64,000 nt of DNA, taken from positions 16,860 to 80,859 of the forward strand of contig CAYPFM010000001.1 in NCBI GenBank assembly GCA_964410185.1, written 5' to 3'. How positions within the stretch are numbered: the stretch's first letter is position 1; each line of letters starts with the position of its first letter. The DNA comes from an uncultured Candidatus Saccharibacteria bacterium. Its GTDB lineage: Bacteria > Patescibacteriota > Saccharimonadia > Saccharimonadales > JAUPVS01. The notes under the pieces are model-generated. The model was given only the letters and a program-made list of their open reading frames with translations. It did no database searches and was not told the DNA's origin. The position numbers and the translations under genes were made by a program. Below are positions 8,573 through 18,121 of the stretch, piece by piece.

Positions 8573-8596
8573 CGGCCCCTTTGCGGGGCTTTTTTA
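8573..8596. terminator. bidirectional terminator shared by tRNA-Val and tgt
   Basis: GCCCC-TTTGC-GGGGC followed by TTTTTT and preceded by AAAA. Confidence 0.7.
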
Positions 8597-9709
8597 TTTG
8601 TCTCGGTATTCTTCGCAGATTCTTTGCAGGTATCTGATGTTATGAATCGACACCAAGGCACCGGCCAGTGGTTCTTTCACCTTGAACTGGTGACATAAGA
8701 AGCCGCGGCTATAGCCGGCTTGGCAGGTCGTACAATCACAGCCGGGATCAATAACTTCGGGGTCATCGATGTACTTGGCGTTGGTCAGGTGGACCTTCTT
8801 GTCGCCTTTGGCCCAGGCCACGCCGTGGCGGCCGTTGCGAGTTGGAATGACGCAGTCCAACATGTCGATGCCGTGTTCAATGCCGTAACGCAGGTCACGC
8901 GGATCACCAACACCAAGCAAGAAGCGCGGGCGGTCATCGGCGTACAACGGACCCAAGTAATCCAGCATGGCGTGCATTTCTTCGGTAGTTTCGCCCACCG
9001 ACAGGCCGCCGATGGCGATGCCGTCAACTGGCAAAGACTGAACAATATCTAGGGAGCGCTTGCGCAGGTCTTTGTCGAGCCCACCTTGGACGACACCAAA
9101 CAACAGTGGTCGTTCATCGTCTTTCATGCCCTTGGTGAGGCGCTGGAACTCAGCCAAGCTGCGTTCGAGCCAGCGGTGGGTGCGCTCAAAGGCTTCCAAC
9201 GTACGGTCACGGCCCTTCTGGTCCACCAAGGATGTAACATCGTCAAAGGCCACCATCATGTCGGCGCCCAGCTCCATCTGGATTTGAATCGATTTCTCGG
9301 GTGACAGGAAGATCTTGTCGCCATTACGGGGGTCACGGAATGTGACACCATCTTCGGTAATCTTGTTGATGTGGGCTAAAGAAAAGACCTGGAAGCCACC
9401 CGAATCAGTCAGCATTGGAAGCCTTTGGCGTGAGAACTCGTGGATACCACCAAGCTTATTAATAACTGCTTCGCCGGGCTGCAAATGCAGGTGATAGGTG
9501 TTGGCCAGAACTACGCCCACGCCCGTACTGGCCACCTGCTCTGGCGTCAGACTCTTGACCGCTCCCCTGGTGCCATCAGGCATAAAGGTGGGCGTGACAA
9601 CCGTGCCAGCGCGCGTTTTAAAAGAACCCGCACGTTGCAGGCCCTTCCTGAACTTCTCCTCAAAGACTGGCTTTATCATCTGCTGACAGTATAGCAACTC
9701 CTTAGACAT
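8594..9709 (-). CDS. tgt: queuine tRNA-ribosyltransferase (tRNA-guanine transglycosylase)
   Basis: VVTPTFMPDGTRGAVK, LANTYHL, DSGGFQV, and the zinc motif CDCTTC...H near the C-terminus. The start is ambiguous among 9736, 9709 and 9679. Position 9709 has an AAGGG 7 nt upstream, while 9679 gives the most E. coli-like N-terminal length. Confidence 0.88.
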   Translation of the reverse strand: MSKELLYCQQMIKPVFEEKFRKGLQRAGSFKTRAGTVVTPTFMPDGTRGAVKSLTPEQVASTGVGVVLANTYHLHLQPGEAVINKLGGIHEFSRQRLPMLTDSGGFQVFSLAHINKITEDGVTFRDPRNGDKIFLSPEKSIQIQMELGADMMVAFDDVTSLVDQKGRDRTLEAFERTHRWLERSLAEFQRLTKGMKDDERPLLFGVVQGGLDKDLRKRSLDIVQSLPVDGIAIGGLSVGETTEEMHAMLDYLGPLYADDRPRFLLGVGDPRDLRYGIEHGIDMLDCVIPTRNGRHGVAWAKGDKKVHLTNAKYIDDPEVIDPGCDCTTCQAGYSRGFLCHQFKVKEPLAGALVSIHNIRYLQRICEEYRDK

Positions 9710-9871
9710 GCAAAAACCCTTAGCGATGGAGAACAAGAGGAAGTGCTAATACTCGGAACTATAAAGAAACGGAACATCTGCAGACCCAAGCAAGAAATAA
9801 CTCTGGCCTATACAACAACAGAGCATCCGCAGGCTTTAGCCGAGGACGCTCTGTTTTGTGTAGCGCTAGAG

Positions 9872-10345
9872 TTATCTTGTTGCGCTGATGGTCTTACCCT
9901 GCTCGGCACCTGGTGCTGAGACGGTGATACGACCGTTGGCATTTTGGCTAATCTGGTAACCAGTATCGGTAGCTGTTCCGGTCTTTGGATCCTTAGGGAT
10001 CGAAACCAGGTACTTACCGTTGGTGGTCAGGACAGCCAAGTCAACCGTAGCTGGAGCGGAAGGACAAGCTGCGCCAGTCACACAAATGTCAGCTGCAGTA
10101 GTCGTAATCGAGGCTGGGATATTACCCTGGTTGTCGATACTGTACTGGTAAGCGGCGTTCAAAATCGTGTTCACGTCAGCCTGTCGCTGCGAGTTACGAG
10201 TGTCACCTAACTGCTTGTTAGGGTTGATGGCCAAGATAACGATACCGGCCAAGATGGCGATAATCGCGACGACCAGCAAGACTTCAATCAGGGTGAATCC
10301 CTGTTCTTGTTGGCGTAGAGTCTTTAGTTTTGTTGTTAGCTTCAT
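9872..10345 (-). CDS. type IV major pilin-like protein, copy 1 (157 aa)
   Basis: Class III signal MKLTTKLKTLRQQEQG|FTLIEVLLVVAIIAILAGIV with Glu+5. AGGAGAT RBS. Two Cys near the C-terminal half. Confidence 0.88.
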   Translation of the reverse strand: MKLTTKLKTLRQQEQGFTLIEVLLVVAIIAILAGIVILAINPNKQLGDTRNSQRQADVNTILNAAYQYSIDNQGNIPASITTTAADICVTGAACPSAPATVDLAVLTTNGKYLVSIPKDPKTGTATDTGYQISQNANGRITVSAPGAEQGKTISATR

Positions 10346-10372
10346 GTGGTTATATCTCCTAAGCCTTTCTGT

Positions 10373-10834
10373 TTAGCGGGTTGCGCTAATTGTTTTACCT
10401 TGTTCGGCGTCAGGAGCGCTAACCGTTACGCGGTTGTTGGCGTCGAGGCTAATTTGATAGTGAGTATCGGTTGTGGTGCCAGTCTTTGGATCTTTTGGCA
10501 TAGCCACAACGTACTTACCATTGGTGGTCAGCACGGTCAGATCAACTAAACCGGTACAGCTGGCGGCACCAGTTGCACAAACATCGGTTGGCGTGCTGGT
10601 AATGCCACTTGGCAAGTTACCCTGGTTATCGACGCTATATTGGTAGGTCGCGTTAAGGATAGTATTGATGTCAGCCTGACGCTGCGAGTTACGAGTGTCA
10701 CCTAACTGCTTGTTAGGGTTGATGGCCAAGATAACGATACCGGCCAAGATGGCGATAATCGCGACGACCAGCAAGACTTCAATCAGGGTGAATCCCTGTT
10801 CTTGTTGGCGTAGAGTCTTTAGTTTTGCGAACAT
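10373..10834 (-). CDS. type IV major pilin-like protein, copy 2 (153 aa)
   Basis: MFAKLKTLRQQEQG|FTLIEVLL... The start was moved to M27 of the ORF-track entry (AGAAGGAGA RBS upstream). Nt 10680-10826 are identical to 10185-10331 of copy 1. Confidence 0.88.
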   Translation of the reverse strand: MFAKLKTLRQQEQGFTLIEVLLVVAIIAILAGIVILAINPNKQLGDTRNSQRQADINTILNATYQYSVDNQGNLPSGITSTPTDVCATGAASCTGLVDLTVLTTNGKYVVAMPKDPKTGTTTDTHYQISLDANNRVTVSAPDAEQGKTISATR

Positions 10835-10924
10835 TGTGTCTCCTTCTCTGAGAGAAATGTAGTTATTATATGATTGAATAATACCGTAAGCACTAGCGTT
10901 ATACAAGCACAATGTCGCTTATGC

Positions 10925-11671
10925 TTAGTCGGCGCCGTCGGTGGTTGTCACCGGAGGAGTTGTTGGGTTGGCTGGCGTGGTTGTCGTACCATCGCTTGTG
11001 CCCCCACCAGAGGTAGGATTCGTGGTTGGTGATGTTAAGTCGGTCAGAGGAATGATAAAGATGGTGATGATCTCCCCTTGTGGATTCACCTCAATACTAA
11101 TAACAGTACCGTCCTTTGAAACACCAACAATAACGTCGCCCGTAAAGTGTTCACCATAAGGACCCTGTTGCCAGGCCGACAACTGAGCTGGCGAAACATG
11201 CCAATCCCAAGGGGTCTCGGCACTATTAAGTAGGTTGTTAATCAGGCTGCCCACGCTTTTACCGCTGACGTTCTGGTTCACGCCTGTCCGCTTAATAATG
11301 ACCCGCACATTTTTGGCGTAATACCGGTTGAGAGCATCGAAGCTCTTGCTGCCAATGGCGGTCGTCACGCCACTGTAGGTTTCGCCGGCCACGACGCCCG
11401 AAGAACCACTGGTTCCGCCCTTTTTGACGCTTGTGGCTGAGCCAGCTGCCGGGGTGTCGTCGCCGCTCTTTGCGAAGTAATGCGCCCAGGCTAAACCCGC
11501 CAGAATCATGATCATCACCGCCACGATGCCACCAAGTACGAATTGGGGGCTCAACGACCGTGTGTTTCGTTGCTTTGGCGCCTTGGTGCGTGGCCTGGCT
11601 TTGACACCTTTCTTTTTAGGAGCCTTTTTGTTGCCCGTACTGGGGTTTTGAGAGATTTTATATTGATCCAT
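10925..11671 (-). CDS. hypothetical membrane-anchored protein, Thr/Pro-rich C-terminus (248 aa)
   Basis: Basic N-terminus (KKAPKKKGVKARPRTKAPKQR), one TM helix, and a C-terminal TTNPTSGGGTSDGTTTTPANPTTPP tail. It lies within the pilus operon. Confidence 0.65.
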   Translation of the reverse strand: MDQYKISQNPSTGNKKAPKKKGVKARPRTKAPKQRNTRSLSPQFVLGGIVAVMIMILAGLAWAHYFAKSGDDTPAAGSATSVKKGGTSGSSGVVAGETYSGVTTAIGSKSFDALNRYYAKNVRVIIKRTGVNQNVSGKSVGSLINNLLNSAETPWDWHVSPAQLSAWQQGPYGEHFTGDVIVGVSKDGTVISIEVNPQGEIITIFIIPLTDLTSPTTNPTSGGGTSDGTTTTPANPTTPPVTTTDGAD

Positions 11672-11691
11672 GCTTATGATTATACAGCTCC

Positions 11692-12108
11692 TCAGGGACT
11701 GTCTTGCCAGCTGCTGACATTAATTTGCGGGGTAACCTGGTTCGTCGTCAGTGTCATGCGATGCACAAAGGTGCGCGTCCCCTGGCTAACGGTACCCGTA
11801 ACCGAAACCGTGTAGTTAGGTGACGTACCGGTAATTGTGTAGGTACAGGTGGCGCCGGTCGTGGCGTTGACGGTCTGGTTGGCGGTCGCTGGTGTGGGTG
11901 AGCTGGTGTTGGCCAGAATGGCGGATAAGCCTAGTTCGGCACAACCTGTTGCGGCCGCTTTGGCGTTCGTATTGCCCACCACACTGACGCTGGAAATACT
12001 GGCGTTTTGACCAGTTAGTAATAGGAATCCGGCAATTACCGTCACCACGGCGCCCAATATCAGCACGGTGAGAAGGACAACGTACCCATCTTCTTGCTGC
12101 TTCATCAT
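11692..12108 (-). CDS. PilX-like minor pilin / pilus-associated protein (138 aa)
   Basis: The N-terminal hydrophobic helix MMKQQEDGYVVLLTVLILGAVVTVIAGF is typical of PilX-type proteins. Operon position is among the minor pilins. Confidence 0.5.
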   Translation of the reverse strand: MMKQQEDGYVVLLTVLILGAVVTVIAGFLLLTGQNASISSVSVVGNTNAKAAATGCAELGLSAILANTSSPTPATANQTVNATTGATCTYTITGTSPNYTVSVTGTVSQGTRTFVHRMTLTTNQVTPQINVSSWQDSP

Positions 12109-12638
12109 GGTATGGTCGCCGCCCCCATAAATCGCTTGCTGACCGAGAACTCCTGCCGAGCCGAGTTAGTCCGATATGTAACCGTGAAGGCTATCAGGAC
12201 GGAGCCCTTGGTGCTTGGCAGGCTCATATTCGTAAAGGTGAGGTTCGAGACCGTTACATGGGAGTTGGTTAGGTTATTGGTGATAGCTGGGCTACCTTCG
12301 CTTATACGCAGACGGTTGGTTGTCCCATCGTTATTGATGGCAAATACGGTTGGGTTAACAGCGGCGCTGGGCATAGTTAACGAAAGGCTGGCGGCATTCG
12401 CTCCGGCCGCTGGCGTTGTTATAGCGGTGGCCTGGTGAACAGTTTGAGTGATTAATGCCATGACGGCTTCACCCTGATAATTGACGTCTGCCGTCGCCTG
12501 ACTGTTCGCCTTCTGCCCTGACGCTAAAACAGCCAGCCCAACAATCGCCCCAATCATAGTAGAAAAGATAGTTATATATATGAGTAGTTCGATCAGGCTG
12601 AAGCCGGCTTGTTGGTCGCGGAGGCGTTTGAGCTTCAT
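12105..12638 (-). CDS. prepilin-type minor pilin (177 aa)
   Basis: MKLKRLRDQQAG|FSLIELLIYITIFSTMIG. The start was moved to M50 of the ORF-track entry, directly abutting the upstream stop at 12640. Confidence 0.8.
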   Translation of the reverse strand: MKLKRLRDQQAGFSLIELLIYITIFSTMIGAIVGLAVLASGQKANSQATADVNYQGEAVMALITQTVHQATAITTPAAGANAASLSLTMPSAAVNPTVFAINNDGTTNRLRISEGSPAITNNLTNSHVTVSNLTFTNMSLPSTKGSVLIAFTVTYRTNSARQEFSVSKRFMGAATIP

Positions 12639-12639
12639 G

Positions 12640-14406
12640 TTAGTTGTCCCACCCAAAATCAAACCATTTAGCAGCCACGCTTGGCCCGTTCGCGTTATGG
12701 ATCGTCCAGGCATAGCCAGTCGGGGTTGTGTAGAACAGATTGGTTGCGCCATTATGCATAATCGAATAGAGGTTATTCTGACCATCGATAGCTAAGACCA
12801 TCGAGTCATTCAGGCCAGGCTCGGGTAGGAGCTTTGTTTTTTCAATCAGGCTGGCGGCATTGGGTGCTGCCAAGGGTGTGGCGTCCCAGGTATTCGTGCC
12901 GCTCATCCAACGCTTCAACTTGGTACTATTGCCGCCATCAGCATAAGCACTTAAACCGGTAGTCCCGATTTGATCCTGAAAGCCTAATTCCATGCTCTGC
13001 TGGCCGCCGCTCGCCGTCGGTGATGCCAAGAGTGGGTTGATTGGATTGCTGATAGTTGTTGGTGTTGCAGTGTAGCAGTAGACTTTGGGTGGGTTCACGC
13101 TATCTTTATCGCAAACCATAAAGTTAGGTGAGCCAGACACCTGTCCAGCTATCGCCACCGATAAGACAATTGAGCCGGTTGGTTGATTTGTTGACGTGAG
13201 CACCGAACCCCAACTACCCGAACCACTCCCATTAGCCGTAAAGACCCGGACACTCGGCGTTCGGTCAGTACTACCGCGGGTATAAACCAAAGCACCGTAG
13301 ATTCCACCACTTGCCTTGCTCCAAGCAAAGTCGACGTTATGAGTGCCATTGCTGGTGCCGCTACTGGCCTGGGTAGTGTAAGCCGACCATGCGTTATTGG
13401 CGTAGTATGCAGTCAAAGTTTGATACTGCTCTCCGAGCAACGCCAACATGGCTTCGTTGGTACCGGGTCGAGCCTGAATAATCATTGAGGTTGGGTTATC
13501 ACTGCTAACACCACTAATCGCGTTCATCGCCCCCTGCCCGCTCCAAGCAGTACCATCGTAGGTGTTGTACTTAGGCCGATTAGTATTATCGCTATACACC
13601 GTTAAGAACGTTCCGTTGGCCAAGAACGTACCGCTAAAGTTACCTGAGTCCAGGGCCGTGCTTGAAGTCCAACTAGAAAGTAATTGTGGCGTACCCCAGG
13701 CGGTGCCCGTCCATGGGAAGCCATAGATATACTGTTTGCTCCCATCGTAGAAGCGGGCGATGACAACTTTTTGGCTGCCGGTTTGAGCCGTATAGAGCTT
13801 AACCGAGCGAGCCACCCGGTTACTGGCTCCAACACTTGGTAATGGTAGTGGTGAGGTCCACAAACCATTCGACTGCAACAAACGAAAACTAATTAAGCTA
13901 GCCGTGGTGCCGCCGTTGGCATACACCAATAGCCCGGTTTTGACCGTGGCAGTTGTGGATGACTGCCAGCCAGTGAGGTAGGTCGTGGTCGTAATCGTAC
14001 CGTTACGCTGGGCATTCTGTTTCCATGTTACCGTCACGGTGGCCTGTCGACTGGTCCCCGGTCCATTGGCAAAGACAACGGCTGGTGTATAGATGCCGTT
14101 GATGGTGGTTGGCGTGGTCGAAAGCGCCCATTGATTGCCGCTGGTATTCAAGTAATAGGTTGTGCCGTTGGTGTAACTATTGAGGTTAGTAAACGAACTT
14201 TGCACCATGTTGTGCAGCGCTTCCACGGCAGTGTTGGCTACCTGTGCCCCTCGGCTGTTATCACCCGCTCCGCTCGTACTCTCGCGGCCATAGGTAAAGG
14301 CCGACAAAACGATGAGAGCCACAATCCCAAAAATACTGACCGCCAGCACGATCTCGATCAATAACACCCCTTTGGTATTGAGGATTTTGGGTTTGAGCGT
14401 TCTCAT
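12640..14406 (-). CDS. large pilin-headed protein with repeated [YWF]-[DN]-G-[ST]-[AS]-W motifs (588 aa); putative pilus tip/adhesin component
   Basis: Pilin-like N-terminus KGVLLIEIVLAVSIFGIVALIV, then about 520 aa with recurring ...WTGTAWGTP..., ...YDGTAWSGQ..., ...ANNAWSAY..., ...GTNTWDAT... repeats suggestive of a beta-propeller. Confidence 0.75.
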   Translation of the reverse strand: MRTLKPKILNTKGVLLIEIVLAVSIFGIVALIVLSAFTYGRESTSGAGDNSRGAQVANTAVEALHNMVQSSFTNLNSYTNGTTYYLNTSGNQWALSTTPTTINGIYTPAVVFANGPGTSRQATVTVTWKQNAQRNGTITTTTYLTGWQSSTTATVKTGLLVYANGGTTASLISFRLLQSNGLWTSPLPLPSVGASNRVARSVKLYTAQTGSQKVVIARFYDGSKQYIYGFPWTGTAWGTPQLLSSWTSSTALDSGNFSGTFLANGTFLTVYSDNTNRPKYNTYDGTAWSGQGAMNAISGVSSDNPTSMIIQARPGTNEAMLALLGEQYQTLTAYYANNAWSAYTTQASSGTSNGTHNVDFAWSKASGGIYGALVYTRGSTDRTPSVRVFTANGSGSGSWGSVLTSTNQPTGSIVLSVAIAGQVSGSPNFMVCDKDSVNPPKVYCYTATPTTISNPINPLLASPTASGGQQSMELGFQDQIGTTGLSAYADGGNSTKLKRWMSGTNTWDATPLAAPNAASLIEKTKLLPEPGLNDSMVLAIDGQNNLYSIMHNGATNLFYTTPTGYAWTIHNANGPSVAAKWFDFGWDN

Positions 14407-14837
14407 TAGTACTCCACCATCCCTTTGTTATTCACCGTGACATTAATCGTTTTGCCGTTGGCCGTCAGCCCAAACGATCCGGTTGTCGTGGGCAGGCCGT
14501 ATAACTTACTGTAGACAATCTGATTGGTACCCGACAGCTGAATCGCACTCGGCACGATATAAGTAATGTCACTAGCCGTGTCCCGGGTAGCATAGCTGGT
14601 GCCACTAAACAGCGTAATCACCTGTCCATTCACAGCCACTCCCCAACTAGTGTCGCGCGAGCGGTTGCGGCTGAAGGTCTGAGCTTGATACAAATCCTGT
14701 ACCAAAATACTACTGGCGGCATCGAGCTGATTGCTGTTATTGAGATTGGCATAGAGTGGTGCGGCCACGACCGTGATAATCATCATCACCGCCACCACCA
14801 GGAGCATTTCAATAATCGTAAAGCCTTGCTGCTTCAT
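14406..14837 (-). CDS. prepilin-type minor pilin, GspH/FimT-like (143 aa)
   Basis: MKQQG|FTIIEMLLVVAVMMIITVVAAPLY. Confidence 0.8.
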   Translation of the reverse strand: MKQQGFTIIEMLLVVAVMMIITVVAAPLYANLNNSNQLDAASSILVQDLYQAQTFSRNRSRDTSWGVAVNGQVITLFSGTSYATRDTASDITYIVPSAIQLSGTNQIVYSKLYGLPTTTGSFGLTANGKTINVTVNNKGMVEY

Positions 14838-14838
14838 G

Positions 14839-16311
14839 CTAGGCTCCGTTCAGGTTCCCAATCAGGCTATAGATTGGCAAGAAGACGGCCATGGCCACAA
14901 ACAAGACGGCGATAGCAATCAATACCAAGACAATCGGCTCCAATAAGGTTTCGAGGTTGCGGGCCGTCAGGTCGGCCTTGTCCTCGTAGTTGGTTCCGAC
15001 TTTTAGCAAGCTGGAGGACAAATTACCCGACTTCTCGGCGCTGACCACAATCTGACAGATCGTCCCAGGCAGCAACTTACGGTATTTCTTATCAGACAAA
15101 ATCTTCCCAAATGAATCACCATCGTCGACGCGATCCTTCATTTCACTGGCAAAGCGAGCGTAGCGCCGGGTCGACATCGAGGCCGCCAACGACTGCAGAG
15201 CCGTTACCACCGGCAGACCGGCATCGAGCAAGGTTCCCAGGACAAACCCAAAGCGAGAAATCTCAACTTCGAATAAGAGCTTTTTGACGCCCGGTATATG
15301 GAAGAGGATTACCTCCATGCCAGCTTTAACGGTGGTACTCTTCTTAATCAGAATACCCATAATCACCACCGTCAGCACCACGCCGGCCGCGAAAATTAAG
15401 CCGAACTTGCCAAATAAGGTGCCTACCAGGATGAGAATTTTAGTCATAATGCCGACCTGAACCTGTAGGCCATTGATAATGTTGAGGAGCTTGGGCAGCA
15501 GGAAGACGCCGATGCCGGTTCCCACCACAAACAATAAAGTAACCAGGAAGGCTGGATACAGCATGGCCGACTTAATCTTGGCATTCATGGTGTTGTTCTT
15601 ATGCATCTGGGCGGCCACCACCTTAAGGTTCTCTGGCAACTTACCGGTCGACTCACCGACCTCGATGAGAGTAATAACGGATGGGTTGAAGAGCCCGGTC
15701 TGCTCCAGTGCGGTCGCAAACGGCACGCCTTCGTCGATACTGCTCTGCATCTGAGCCATGGCGTCGCGGGTTTGCTTCTTGGGGATTTCGGCCGAGATTG
15801 AAGCAATCGCTTCACCAACCGTCACACCAGACAGCAGCAACATACTCAAACTTTCGATAATGTACTCGCTAGTGTCACGGCTAATGCCCCCAAACACTTT
15901 TTGTTTGGTCTTTTTGGGCTTTTCTTTCTCCGGTGGCGGGCCGTCGGTCGGGGTGCCACCCAGCTTGGCTTCGGACTTGCTAACATCGCCTGATTTGTTG
16001 ATGTCGGCAGCCTTGCCCACCGGATTCAGACGGATTTCATCGGGCACCGGAATATCACTCTTTGGCTGGTTGGTTAAGGGTCGAGCGGCCACTTCCTTTG
16101 GTTCGGCTGGTGCTGGCTTATTTGGGCCTACATCGCTAATCAACGGCTTAATCACGGTGTGGTGGTGTCGTAAACTTGGCATACTCCCACCGGCGCCTGG
16201 TGCCGCCGCGTGTCCATCTGACTTTGCCACCGCCTGGGCCGCTTCACTCGAAGACGGCAGACTGGTATCAGGTGCGCCAGACGGCCGAGAGTCGTCTTCG
16301 TCTGGGCTCAT
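14839..16311 (-). CDS. pilC: type IV pilus platform protein PilC (GspF family) with about 130-aa Pro/Ala/Lys-rich N-terminal extension
   Basis: Two GspF-type repeats with three TM segments (e.g. ...LSMLLLSGVTVGEAI..., ...LGTLLDAGLPVVTAL...). The N-terminal 130 aa are low complexity. Confidence 0.88.
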   Translation of the reverse strand: MSPDEDDSRPSGAPDTSLPSSSEAAQAVAKSDGHAAAPGAGGSMPSLRHHHTVIKPLISDVGPNKPAPAEPKEVAARPLTNQPKSDIPVPDEIRLNPVGKAADINKSGDVSKSEAKLGGTPTDGPPPEKEKPKKTKQKVFGGISRDTSEYIIESLSMLLLSGVTVGEAIASISAEIPKKQTRDAMAQMQSSIDEGVPFATALEQTGLFNPSVITLIEVGESTGKLPENLKVVAAQMHKNNTMNAKIKSAMLYPAFLVTLLFVVGTGIGVFLLPKLLNIINGLQVQVGIMTKILILVGTLFGKFGLIFAAGVVLTVVIMGILIKKSTTVKAGMEVILFHIPGVKKLLFEVEISRFGFVLGTLLDAGLPVVTALQSLAASMSTRRYARFASEMKDRVDDGDSFGKILSDKKYRKLLPGTICQIVVSAEKSGNLSSSLLKVGTNYEDKADLTARNLETLLEPIVLVLIAIAVLFVAMAVFLPIYSLIGNLNGA

Positions 16312-17993
16312 TTTGGCTCCGCTACCCGTTGTAATTCGGCAATGGTGGTCACGCCACGCTCAACTTTTTCAATTCCGTCATAGAACAACGTGTGGTCACC
16401 CTGTTTGTGTGCTAGTTCGGCAATGGCCGTAGCCGAGGGGTTGGTCAGCACCAGTTCCTGCATTTCCTTGGTCATGGTCACCAATTCAAAGATAGCGATA
16501 CGCCCGTGGTAACCAGTAAAGTTACAGGCCTCACAGCCCCTCCCCTTATACAACGTCACCGTCGGACCCTTAAAATACTCGTCGGCGTTGGGCAGGGTCT
16601 TTTTGAGATCCTCGAGTTGTATCTGATAACTAGTGCGACAGACCGGGTGAATCATGCGCACCAGGCGCTGGGCGATCACCAAGTTCAAAGTACTGGCCAG
16701 TAGAAAGGGTTCAACGCCCATATCCAGCAAACGCGGGATGGCGCTGGCGGCGTCGTTGGCGTGAAAGGTCGAGAACAATAAGTGCCCAGTCAGAGCCGCA
16801 TTCACGGCCAGGGTGGCTGTTTCTTCGTCACGAATCTCACCGACCAGAATCACATCAGGGTCCTGCCGCACCAAGGCTCGCAAGCCATCGCTAAAGGTTA
16901 GACCGGTCTGGTTATTCACCTGAATTTGGTTGACGCCGATAATTTTGTATTCAACCGGGTCCTCGATAGTGGTGACGTTAATTTCGGGATTATTAATCAT
17001 TTTGAGCAAAGAATACAGGGTGGTAGTCTTCCCCGATCCAGTTGGCCCGGTGGTCATAATCATGCCGTGTGGTCGGTGGATCTGCTGATCAAAAATCTCC
17101 TTATCGCGGCGCGACAGACCCAGACCTTTGACATTCAAGCCCTTAGAATACTCGGCCAGCAAACGCAGGGCGACTTTTTCGCCATCCAGGGTTGGCACCA
17201 CCGAGATACGAACGTTGACTGGCTTGCCGTCCACCTCATAGCGGATAGCCCCATCCTGGCTGACGTTGTGCTCGTCGATACGCATGTGCGACTGCACCTT
17301 TAGGCGGTTCAAAATATTGTCGTAGTATTGCTTGGGGAGCTGGCCAGCTTCGTGCAGCACACCATCGATACGGAAGCGAATCAGCACGATCGATTCCTGC
17401 GGCTCAAAGTGGATGTCCGACACCTTGTAGGCGGTGGCATCCTTGATGATTTCATCAATGATTTCCGGCGCGATTCTACCCTGCTGCTGAATAATCTGAT
17501 TGAAGCGGGTCACCAATGGTTTACGATAGTGAATCAGCGTTTCGTTGAGTTCATCAGGTAGGGCGTAGCAAATCTTGACGGTTTTGGGGGCGGGAAAGAT
17601 TTTAGCCATGGCATCAACCAAACCAGCTTTTTTGGGATTGTCGGTGGCGATCATAACCTGATTGCCATGGGTTTCGTAGACCACGGCCCGGTATGCCATC
17701 CCCAGGTCAGCCGGAATCAGCCCAATGTGCTCTTTGGTTGGCTGATAGATGTCGAGGTCAACAAAGTCGGAGCCATAGTACTGGGCCATGGCCTGACCAA
17801 GCCGGTCGTAAGCCACCACATCCTGGTTCATGAAGTATTCAAAGAGGCTGATGTGATGCGTCGCGACGTAACTACGCGCCAGCTTGAGCTCTTCCTCGGT
17901 AATAAACTGGCCCTTCGTTAAAATCGAAACCAGCAAATCATCATCGAACTCGCTCTGTGCTTCAGGCGTTTGTGTTTTACTATCGTCTGCCAT
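16308..17993 (-). CDS. pilB: type IV pilus assembly ATPase PilB (GspE family)
   Basis: Walker A GPTGSGKTTT, Asp box, Walker B ILVGEIRD, His box, and a tetracysteine motif C..C...C..C. The start was chosen at MADDSKT (17993) rather than the ORF-track 18062. Confidence 0.9.
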   Translation of the reverse strand: MADDSKTQTPEAQSEFDDDLLVSILTKGQFITEEELKLARSYVATHHISLFEYFMNQDVVAYDRLGQAMAQYYGSDFVDLDIYQPTKEHIGLIPADLGMAYRAVVYETHGNQVMIATDNPKKAGLVDAMAKIFPAPKTVKICYALPDELNETLIHYRKPLVTRFNQIIQQQGRIAPEIIDEIIKDATAYKVSDIHFEPQESIVLIRFRIDGVLHEAGQLPKQYYDNILNRLKVQSHMRIDEHNVSQDGAIRYEVDGKPVNVRISVVPTLDGEKVALRLLAEYSKGLNVKGLGLSRRDKEIFDQQIHRPHGMIMTTGPTGSGKTTTLYSLLKMINNPEINVTTIEDPVEYKIIGVNQIQVNNQTGLTFSDGLRALVRQDPDVILVGEIRDEETATLAVNAALTGHLLFSTFHANDAASAIPRLLDMGVEPFLLASTLNLVIAQRLVRMIHPVCRTSYQIQLEDLKKTLPNADEYFKGPTVTLYKGRGCEACNFTGYHGRIAIFELVTMTKEMQELVLTNPSATAIAELAHKQGDHTLFYDGIEKVERGVTTIAELQRVAEPK

Positions 17994-18121
17994 GATTATT
18001 TTGTGAGCCCACCCTTTTGTTATCTCTCCAGAATCACGCTCAACACGATGCAGTTTCCCCACCGTGCCGTAACCATAACTATTATACCCGAATCATTCCG
18101 TTTACGGTATGCTAGAACGAG

